Shown in pieces: positions 48,448 to 60,400 of a stretch of DNA of 64,000 nt. The translations under genes were made by a program, and so were the position numbers. The notes beneath the pieces are model-generated. The model made no database searches, was not told the origin of the DNA, and saw only the letters and a list, made by a program, of their open reading frames with translations. The DNA is from a bacterium (GTDB lineage Bacteria > RUG730), in contig JAVBNQ010000007.1 in the NCBI GenBank assembly GCA_031551405.1, forward strand, positions 1 to 64,000, written 5' to 3'. Position 1 is the stretch's first letter. Every line of letters begins with the position of its first letter.

Positions 48448-51400
48448 ATGTTTAACAAAATGAAAAAAGTAATCTTTTCATTTTTAGTTTTGTACTTCAT
48501 TTTAATAGCTTTTGTGTTTGCTACTGTGACCGCAACTCCCTCACAAGTTACGCAAGATGATACAATAACTATTAGCGTGTATATTGATGGAACCGGAGTA
48601 AAAGAACCTACTACCGAAGTAATGTATAATCCAACTTTTGTAGTTGAGGGCTTTTCTTCAGAAGAAGAAGTTTCTTTTAGAAACAGAGGTTTATTGCAAG
48701 GAAAGTTCAAAGTCCTACGTAACGCAAACATAGGTAACCATACAGTAACTGTTTATGCTATTACAGGAGCTGCGTCGGGCTCCTCTAATAGAGCAACTTT
48801 AAGTGATTCTGTTATTTCAATAGGAACAACAACTATAAAGGTTATTTCAAAACCTATGATATTAGGTGTTTCTCCTGGAGCTACTTTTCAGCAAGCTAGT
48901 AAAGCGATTACGTTTTATGGAAAATATTTTGATACGAGCGGTGCTTCTATGGTGACAATTTCTGGCGCAGGTGTTTCGGGGACGGTTACGCCGACTACTA
49001 CCTCGGTTGCGCCTACCTTTAATTTGTCAAATGGTACGCCTGGTGGTCCTTATTCAATCCAAATTTTGAGTAACGACGGTGGAGTTGGTTTTTCTGATGA
49101 TGGCTCCGGAAATCCTACGCCTATTTTTACTCTTTACCCTGCTCCAAGTGTTATTAGTGTAAATAGAGCTAGCGTTTATCAGGCGCAAGAAAGTGTTGAG
49201 ATGCGGATACGTGGGACGGGATTTCATGCTCAAAGCAGTGTAGATCTAGGAGCAGGTATTTCTATACTCGGTGTGACTTCAAATGCTGATGGAGGCGAAA
49301 TTACAGTAAATTTTAATGTTGATAAAAATGCAACATTGGGAAATAGGACTTTAACTGTTTATAATCCGGATGGCGCAGCCGGTACTGCGAATAAAGCCAC
49401 TTTCGTCATAAATAGTTTTGTAACGCAAAAACTTACTCCAAACGTTAATGCAGGTATAAGTACTACTACGGTAGTTCAGGGTTTTAAGGGAGATATTACA
49501 ATAAAAAGCGTATCTGGGGCCGGAAATGGGTTCGACGATTTAGCAGTATCTGAAGTTTTAGTGAGTGGAGAAAATATTACGGTTTCAAAAGTTGTTTTTG
49601 TAGATACATCTACATTAAAAGTAAGTCTAATCGTAGAGCCGACAGCTGAGATTGGAGATAGAGCGGTAACAATAAAAAATCTGAGCTATAAAACTTTATC
49701 AACTTATACATTGAAAGTAGAAAAAGCTCCGGAAGCAAAATTGGAAGACGTAAATATATCCGTTTCACCGGCAAGTTTGTATCAGGGCGAATTTGCGACA
49801 GTCACTGTCACTTGCGCAAATGGAGCGGCATTTGAGTCAGGGGCAAATCTTAAAGTAACTGCCTCAGATGGAATAACTATAAAAAATATTACCTACATGA
49901 GTTCTACAACTTTGTGGTGTTACTTGAAAATAGATGAAAAAGCGCAAGTCGGTGAAAGAACATTTACCGTTGAAAATGTTTCTTATAAAGTTCAAAAGTC
50001 TACTTACATTACGATATTAGAATCCGATTTTAATAAGCTTGCGATAAATGCGATTTCTCCTAACGAGTTATACCAAGGGCAATCTGCAACAGTCACTGTA
50101 ACGGTCGCCGGTAAAATAGAAAACACAGCAGAAGTTTCTTTTAAGGGAATAGGCATTACCCTTAATGGTTATACAAAAAAATCCGATGCAGAGTTATGGT
50201 TGGATGTGACAGTTGACAAATTATCAAGCTTAGGGCAACATGCTTTTACTATAAAGAATCCAACTTATGAGAAAACTGTGACGGGTTTTATTAACATAAG
50301 TACATCTTCTTACTCAAATCCTTTCATAGACACAATCACAGACAGAATTTTGTATCAAGGCGAGCAAAAACAAATCGTTGTAACAGGTAGAGGCTTTCGA
50401 GCTCTTACAGTATTTACTTTCTCGGATCCAGGAATTGTTATTCAACAAGATACTATTGTAATCGAATCTCCGACAAAAGCTATATTGACGGTAAACATTC
50501 CGATTGATCTGGAGCCAAAATCATATGCTTTGGTCGTGAAAAATACTGATTTTGAGGCATCGTTTATTAAGCAGGATGCTGTAGAGGTAAGAGAAAAACA
50601 CTCAATTAGCTCCATAAGCCCGCAAATGCTTGCTCCCGGAACCAGTGAATATTTTTATATCAACGGTACAAATTTTGATCTCAATAGTGCATTTAAGATT
50701 TTTGTAGATGGGAAAGTAGTTGTTAATTCAACTTCGACTACAACTTATGATCAGATAGTTTTTGTTTCAAGTCGATGTGTAAGTAAAAATCAGATTGCTT
50801 GTAGCGTTTTAATTAGCTCGGATGTAAAAGCAGGAATCCATGATATTGGATTATATTTTGAAAGTAATGGAGCTACAATTACGCAGCGAGGTATCTTAAA
50901 TATTCCAAATAGACCGGTTATTACGAACATACCTAGCACTTTAAGTCAAGGAGATAATAATAAGGAAGTTACGATTCAGGGGCAGAATTTTGAGAATGGA
51001 GCAACTGTCGTGATTAGCGGTTCCGGAATTATTATTACCTCAGTCACTGTAATTTCAAGCAATATTATGACTTTTAGATGCGATGTGTCAAAAGACGCAG
51101 AAAGAACAGATAGGCAAATAAAAGTAATAAACCCAACAGGTCAATTCGCAACCGGGCTTGTTAAGGTAATTTCGCCGCCGATCATAGAAAGTTGTAGTCC
51201 ATCGAACGTGATGAAAGGAACAACTCGTTATTTAGAAATCTCAGGGCAAAATTTTAGTGAATTTTTCGACTTAAATTTCAGTGGACGTGTTACGACTACA
51301 ACTCCACATTCTGATGATGCAATCAATATTATTAGCGTTAAATATACTGGAAACACACAACTTTTAGCAGAGGTTTATATAGGAACCAACGTTATAAACG

Positions 51401-54400
51401 GTATGCACGACATCATGGTTGTGAACTACGAGGACTCTACAAAGGCTTCGATTCAATCGCAAGGAATAGGAGCTGGCTTATTAGACGTCAGAACTCCGCT
51501 CAAAATAAGCACCAGCACGATTACAACTGTACCGGCTGGATATTCGGGAAAAGTGATCGCAATTAGAGGAGAAGGGTTTTCAAAAAATTCAGTTATAAGT
51601 ATTAATGGTTCAGGGATTACGATTACTCACAATAATTTTATAAATACACAAGAAATAGAGATTGTGATAGATGTTGCAGCAAATGCACCTTTAGGACGCA
51701 GAACTGTAACTATAAAAGATAGTGATAATTCTGCATATGCCTCAATTTTGGATGTAATTCAAGCTGTTACCATCAACTCGGTTACTCCAATAAACATTCC
51801 AATTGGACTTCGTCACGCTACAATGACAGTAGTTGGACTTGGAATCGATATTCCTACTACGACTATTGTTACAAAAAATGGGGTGAAAGGAATTGACCCA
51901 GGAAATTACGTTGAAATTCTAGGCGGTGGAATTGATTCATTGGTAATTGATTCAACTACTTACAGCTCTACAAGCATGACTTTGTATTTTCAGGTTTTTT
52001 CGACCGCTACGGTTGGAAGTCGCGATATTAGAATTACAAATAAGGACTCAGAGAATATTTTATTCAAACAAGCAGCATTTAATTTAGTAGAATCGATTAA
52101 AATAGATTTATTCAGCCCGACAGATTATCAAATAGCCGGTGCAGTTGTTGATTTTAAAATAATAGGATCTGGCTTTGATCCTACAAATAACTACGGCGTT
52201 GACGGAAGTACAATTATTTTTTCAAATCCAAACGTCTCAATCACGGCTATTAACTATAGAAGCGGGAGTGAGATCAGTGGACAATTTACATGGCTTGACC
52301 AAACTGCCGTAATTACAAACCGAAGCGTAGATTTAAAAGTTGTGAATAAAGATGGCTCGATTGGTACAAAAAAAGGCGCGCTTTATCTTGTCGAACAGCT
52401 TGAGGTTATAGATGCCTCTCTTACACCTACAACAATTCCTGTTAATGCAAAAAATTATGTTGTTAATATTAAAGGAAAAGGCCTGATCAAGGGGGTTACA
52501 GCGTATTTTTATTTAGATGGGCCTCCTCAAGATTTTTCTAAGATTGTTTCAAAAAAATTGGAATATATAGATACTACGGAGATGAATTTATATATCGATA
52601 GTGATGCAGGGATTGCAGATGGAGCTCTTGCTACATTGGTTGTGACTAATCCAAATGGTGCTTCAGTGGAAAAGAGCGGAATTTTTGTAGTGAAAAATGT
52701 ACCTACAATTCATTCATTTGTTCCGGACTATATAAGAGTTGGCGGAGAAAAAGACGTTGTGATACAAGGAGCAAACCTAAACTTAGTTACGAGATTAGAA
52801 TTTAGTAATGGATTATATATTACTACGACTAGTATTACATCCGGGGAAATTAGGGGACGAATTAAAACAACGGCTGGTACATATCCAGGCGATGTAACTG
52901 TAAAATTATATACGGCCACGGTAGGAAATGAAGGTATTGCTAGGAAACTATTCAAAGTTTTGGAAGGGCCAAAGATTAGAGAAGTTTTGCCTAATATTTT
53001 GTATGCAGAAAAAGAGGTCCAATTTTATGTAAATGGTGACAATTTCGATGAAAATATAAAGATGGTGATAAGAAATATAAAGGATGGTAGCACAGATTAC
53101 ATTCACATGAACGATTCTACATCACTTGGAATCAGAAAGAGTACGACTAGAATTATTTTAGAAAAGTTGAAAATCGATAAAGAAGGGGAATATAGTCTTG
53201 AGTTGATTAATCCAGACGGTAGCTCTGTAAAACAAGATGTCTCTTTGACGGTTTATCCTCAGGCGACGCAGGCTCAAATCTTCAGTCTTTCTCCCCCTTA
53301 TGGTAAACCAAAAGAAACAAATAAAATTATAGAAGTGACCGGCAACAATTTTTTACCAGGAATGACGGTTTATGCCCAAGGAGCTGGAATTACGGTAAGC
53401 TCGTATACAGTCTACACAACGTCTGCTTCGTTGACTTTAGAAATAGCTGAAACAGCAGAGGTTGGCGAATACGGTATAGCCTTTTTGAATCCATTCTCAT
53501 CGCCAACAATTAAGAAATTTTACATAGTGGATGCACCGGTTGTAGAGTCAATTTATCCTGATAAATTGCAAAAAGGAACGACAAACCAGATCACAGTTAA
53601 AGGTAGAAATTTTATGTATACTGGTGGATCTGATGGTGGTGATATAGCTCTTGCTATAAATAGCAGTGATGGTGTAAGTATTTTTGGCATGAATTTCATA
53701 GGAACTACGGAATTAAAAGCCTATGTTTTTGTTTCAGAAAATGCTGTAACTGGTAAAAAAGATTTGGTAGTTACAAATCCTTTTGGTGTAAATGGAACAG
53801 GTCGAGGATTAATAAATATTGAGGATAGAATAGAGTTTAATAACATAAATCCAAGTACATTGACTCAAGGAACAAAAAATAAAGATCTAGTAATAAATGG
53901 AAAAGGTTTCAAGGAAGAAACAAAAGTAGAGTTTGTTCAGACCGGAATTATTCTAAATAAAACGACATATATTAATGACAACCAGTTATCAGTAAATGTT
54001 ACTGTTGCTGACGATGCCGCAGTTGGAAATGTAGATGTACGAATAATTAACGATGAGTACAATAACTTGGTTGCCAACAAAGTTTTCAGTATTGTCCCAA
54101 GGATTAGAGTTGAAAAAATTAATAACAATATTTTATATAGAGGGAAAGGTACAGCTTACGGAGATGATGTTATTGTTGAAATTATAGGAAGTAATTTCAC
54201 GCTTAGTACGAGCTCAAACATTGTTTCAGAATGTAAAGTTGAACTTATTGGCGCAGACAATGAAATTCAGGTTGTCAAAGTTGAAACAAAGAGCTCTGGA
54301 AATATTTTTGCTTATATAAAAACAAATCAAACCGCAAAACTTGGCTTTGTAGATATGAAAATTATTTGCAATAGTGATAAACGAGAATTGATTGTTTCCA

Positions 54401-57400
54401 ATGCTTTTGAAGTTGTAGACAAAATTAAAATCAACAATGTTACTCCATCGAATATAATGCTTCTAAAGAATGCATTTAATATCACAAATTCTGGAGCAGT
54501 AGCTACTTATTCTATAAGCGTTACTCACTTAACTCTTTCCGGAGTTGCGCCAATTTTGCTAGCTGGGAAAACAGTCGATCAGCTGATTTCGGCCATAAAT
54601 GCTGAAGCTGGATGGACAGCAACTCTTTCTAGCTCTCAAGCAGGAAGGCAGCCGGCTACATATTTAAAAACTGTTGGGACTACTGACGTTGCCAATGGTA
54701 AAACAAGCATAGCGAGCTTTACGAAGAATGGTATTTTTGACAATAGTGGTAGTGAAGTTACTTTGAATATCGCAGGAAGTGGTTTCGCAGCCGGGATTAA
54801 CGATTCAAAACTTTTATTTTCAGGTAATGGCATTTCTATTACTAACACCAATTTTGTAAGTGATAAAGAATTAACTGCAAAAATTACATTTGATCCTGCG
54901 TTAATTTTAGCGGGTAAACGAGACCTTACAATTACAAATTTAGATAATACTTTTGGAATCGCAGCCGGTATAGTCGAGTTTGTAGAGCCTCTTGAAGTAA
55001 GTCAAGTAAGCCCTCAGACTTTGGCTAGAGGTGCAGTAAAAGCTCCGATTACAATAAAAGGAAAAGGTTTTAGCGATAATTTATTGGTGACGTCAGGTTC
55101 CAGTTTGGTTTCTGTTTCAGATTTTAAATGCATAAGTCGTGACGAAATAAGCTTTAAAGTTACTATTGATCCAACATTTATATCGCCTACAAATATTTTT
55201 ACTTTGAAAAGCGCGACTGGAGAAAGTGTTCCTGCATCGATAAATGTTGAGCAATTGCCGGTTATTACGAGCGTTGTACCTAACGAACTCGGACAAGGCG
55301 CTTCAACTTGGATTACAATAAGCGGTTATAAACTCGCGAATATAATAACGCTGAATAATATTTTGTTTAGTCAAAACGACATAAGTATTCTAGATATGAA
55401 AGATTTTTCAGATACTGGTTTCAAGGTGTTAGTGAATGTTTCAAAATCAGCTCAATTGGGAGACAAAACAGTAACTCTTAAAGATTTTGTTATTGGTAAA
55501 GAAAATACTAACTCCGGAGTACTGTCAATTGTTGCCGAGCCAAGTATAGTTTCATTTAATCCAGATACATTATTCTTGGGGAGCGTTGGAGAGATTATAT
55601 TGAAAGGAAGCGGTTTCGTAAATGGAACCATACTTAAATTTTCGTCTCCGGATATAAAAGCGACAGGATACCAATTCTTTAATAATACTGAAATGAAAGC
55701 AACCTTGAATATAAGCAGCGTTACAATTCCTGCATTATACGACGTTGAAATAGTAAATCCGGATAGAAGCAATAATTATTATTCCGGTCTATTTAACGTT
55801 GTTGATCCGGAACGTATAATTACTTCTAGTCCAATAATCACAGGAATAAGCGTAGCTGCTCTTACTCAAGGTGCCACCTACACAGTATTTTTGGAAGGTG
55901 AGAATTTCTTAAAAGGAACAAACGTATCTTTCAGTAATAACGACGGGTTATTTATTAGTAATATTAATGTTTTGGGAAGCAAGGATATAACGTTTGATAT
56001 TTTTGTTTCGACGACTTCAAAAGTAGGTAAGCACGACATAAGCGTCATTACTAATAACGGCACTGTAACTGCGACTGGACTCCTCAATATCGTTTCGCCA
56101 CTAAAACTGGATAGACTCGATCCAAAAGTCTTGTCAAGGGGAACAAAAAGTAGAGACGTTTGGATTTATGGAGCCGGATTTGATGATACTACCAAGTGTT
56201 TGGTGGATGGCGATGGTGTTACAATAGAAAACACGTATTATTTAACGGACAAACTTTTACGTATTGTAGTAACTATAAGTGAGAGCGCGGTTTTGGGCAC
56301 AAGGAAAGTATCGCTTGTCAATGGCAATGGCTCAAAAGTAGAAGTAGAAGGCGCGATTGATATTATACCAGCGGTGACTGTCACAAGAGTGAGTCCGGAT
56401 AAAGTTGGAATTGGTTCTTTGTTGGAAAGAATTGAAATCGAAGGAACTGAATTCAGACCTAATTTGGACGTAAAAATACTTGGCTCCGGGGTTTCAGTCT
56501 CAAGCATAGAATTCAGAAGTGATACTCAAGTAAACGCGTATATTTCTGTTAGTCAAGATGCTTCAGCGGGTTCACGAGATATTAGAGTTATTAACAAAGA
56601 TGGAAATGAAGGAATTGGCAAAGGTGTTCTTACTCTAGAAAGTTTTGTAAAGGTTAATTCGATGGTAAGCGAAGGAGCGAATGTTAATTATTTTACGTTG
56701 ACACCAGGCACAACACATCAAGAAATAATCATTCGTGGTGATGGCTTTAGACTAGCAAATGATTTGGTGACAAAGCCAACTATCAGTTTTTCATTGCCAT
56801 ATTTAAGTATAGAACCAGGTACCATGAGATTTATGAATAGTGCAGAATTGAGAGCAACATTGTGGGTGGATACAGGATCTGCTCATGGTGGAGATAAAGT
56901 GGACGTCCGAGTCACAAATCCCGATGGAACAACAGGGCTTGGCAAAAATCTTTACATTATTTCTGAGCCTCTAGCATTGAGACAAGTGATCCCAAACATG
57001 CTAGGAGCTGGAGCACAAAATGAGACGCTATCGATTAATGGACAAGGATTTATTGATGGAATAAAACTGGAGTTTTTTGAAAAAAATCACATTACAATTC
57101 ATTCGATAAAATATATTAATGCAAATCAAATAGAGGCAAAAGTTAGTATCGACGAAGCAATGACAGTAGGGTATGCTACTTTTAGCGTAATAAATCCGGG
57201 GAATGTAAAGCTTACAACAAGCACACTATTTAGTATTGAGGAATGCCCGGTGGTTAATCTTGTAACACCTGATCATTATGCTCAAGGCGCTCTCAATCAA
57301 AATATAAAGATTGGCGGAAGATTGTTTGATATAAATAGCACTACAGTCACAATAAGTGGCGGTGTAACCGTTGCTTCTACTACAGTGGAAAGCTCAACGT

Positions 57401-60400
57401 CTATTATCGTAAATGTAAGCGTTGATAAAAGTGCTGCTGTTGGAGCTAAAGATATTATTGTTGAGTCTGGTGGAAAAGTTGGAATTGGTCGAGGAGTGTT
57501 TAAGGTCGTTGATGCTCCTACGATTTTGGAAGTAATTCCTAATACGATTGCTCAAGGAGCGCAAAATAGAGTTATTGAAATAAAAGGGCGCGGTTTTGTT
57601 TCTAAGTCGTCTGTCACTGTCAATATCCCCGGTTTAGTTGTAAATAATGTTGCAATTTACAGTGGAGAGAAAATAAGTTTGACTGTGAGCGTTGACAGTA
57701 TAACGAGTAGTCCAAATTATTATGACATAAATATTGCAAATCCGGATGGAAGTTCTGGGGTAGGTACTAGAGTTTTGCAAATAAAAGAGCCGCCTACGCC
57801 GCCGGTCATGATTAGTATTATTCCTAAAATGATGGCAGCAGGATCAAGCAATCAAAATATAATCATCGAGGGACAGAATTTGCAAGATGGAATCAATATG
57901 ATCATTTCCGGAGGAGGAGTAACCGTTTCTACTGTAAATCGTAGTGTAGAGAGTCCGTCGACTAGAGTTTATGCTACAATTTCGATTGATGCCGGAGCTG
58001 TTATTGGGAAACGAGATGTTTTATTTGTGAATCCAGATGGCGGATTCAAAACATATGCAAAAGAGTTTGAAATTATTACAAATCCGGTCATAGATTCCAT
58101 GGATCCAAGCGTAGTTATTAAAGATACTACTACGGCAAAAACTATAAAAGAGATAAATATTATTGGAAAAGCATTTAGCGAATACAGCATAGTTGAATTT
58201 ACCGGAGGTGGAATTACAGTTGATAGCTTTACATTTGTTGGTGAAGACCACTTGAGGATCGACATTACTGTGGCTACTAATGCTTTATCCGGATATCGTG
58301 ATGTGATAGTTAATAACCCATACGGAATGTCAGGTAAAAAAGAAGGTCTCTTTAGAATTTCTGAACCGGTTGTGATTACAAAAATTACTCCAAATCAAGC
58401 AAGCCAAGGCGTAATAAATAAAGAAATACGTATTGAAGGAACGAATTTTATGGAAGGCGCGAGTTTGGATTTCAGCGGTAGTGGAATTACGGTTTCATCG
58501 CTTAATGTTGTATCAAGTAGCTTGATTTTAGGGCGACTGGATATTGCAGATACAGCAACCACGAGCAAACGTAAAGTTACGATCATTAATAGAACAGGCG
58601 CAAGTTCAATGGAATCTGGTACTGATATGTTTGAGGTTACGCCAAAACCTTCGATTACAGAGGTTTATCCAAAATCGTTAGAGCAAGGCACAAGCAGCTG
58701 GATTACGATAAAAGGTAAAGGTTTCTATCAAGGAATGTTGGTTCAGCCGATTGTGACAGTTTCTGGCGAGGGAGTTTCTGTAAGTAGCGTACAATATAAT
58801 GGAGAAGCAGATGTTCAAGCATTCGTGATTGTATCAAGTGTTGCTGTTAGAGGGATGCGAGATGTTATAGTTCAAAATACGGACTCGAGCTCGACGACTA
58901 TCCGTGGCGAAGCGATGCTTGAAATTATCGAGCTTTTAAATTTAAAAAGTATTAACTTAACAAAAATTCCTCGAGGTGATAAATCTAGACAAATTATTTT
59001 GAATGGTGGTGGATTTGAGGAAAACGCAAAAATTACTTTCTCGGGAACAGGCATTACAGTTAGCACAGTTTCCTGGAAGAGCAGCAACCAGTTGGTCGCA
59101 GTAGTAGACGTTGATATTAATGCTGAGATTGGATTGAGAAGTGTAACAGTCGAAAATCCAAATACCAAAAAAGTAACGCTAAACAGTGTATTACAAGTTG
59201 TTGATCCAATATTTATTGCAACTTTGGAACCTAGCGAGCTTGGAGTGGGAGTTGCAGACAAAGAAATAAGAATTAAAGGAACAGGTTTTGAACCAAATTC
59301 TACAGTTGTAATTTCTGGGGATGGAATTGTTTACTCGACCGTGAGTTGTTCTGCTACTGAGATTATCTTAAAAGCGTCTGTAACAGTTAATGCGACTTTG
59401 GGTTTTAGAAGCATTGAAATTCAAACTCCGGAAGGAAACAGAGGAAAACTCGAGAAAGCAATCAATATTATCAATCACATAAATATCACTGAAATTTCTC
59501 CAAAATATATTGAAAAAGGATTTAATGGAACTGTTTACATTAAAGGTTATAATTTCGACGTTACCAGCGGAATAAAACCTGTCGTTCAAATCTCCGGTGA
59601 TGGACTAGTTGTGGGCGTAGTTACGGCGGTCAGCTCTACAGAGTTGCAAGTACACTTGACAGTTCAAAATACTGCTACTATAGGAACAAGAGATGTTACA
59701 ATTACAAATGCTGACGGAGCAAAGGGTTTTGGAAAAGGCGGTATTGAGATCACAGATGCGCTTAGCTTTGCAAGGCTCGAGCCAAATAATCTCGGCAAAG
59801 GTGCAAAAAATGAAATTGTTTGTCTTTATGGAAAAGGCCTTGTCGAAGACACAAAACTGGAGTTTAGCTCGTTAGACGTGGTTGTTTCGTCATTGCAGTA
59901 CATTAGTAACGATCAATTGAAGCTTACGATATCTATACCGGAAGCAGCAGCAACCGGAGCAGTTGACTTACTTATAAAAAATCCAAATAATATAAATGTT
60001 CCTATTGTGGGAGCATTTAGTGTTACCGACTCTCCAACAATTACAAAAGTTGAACCAAGCGAAATTGCTCAAGGCGCACTTAATCAGGAACTCAAAATAA
60101 CCGGAACAAATATCAGTGCAAATGCAACATTTGCAGTTAGCGGCCTTGGAGTAAATATTTCGAGCATGAACATAATTGATTCGCGTACTATGAAGGTATG
60201 GGTTAATGTTAAGAAAACGGCTACAGTTGGCGATAGAGACGTTGTAATAACGAATACTCTTGCAGCGACGAGCTCTTTTGGTATTGGTAAAGGTTTGTTA
60301 AAAATAATTGACGGGCCAAGTATTGAAACAGTGTCTCCTGAAATCATCGCTCAAGAAGATGTCAATAGAATTATTGAGTTGAAAGGAAAAGGATTCAAAC

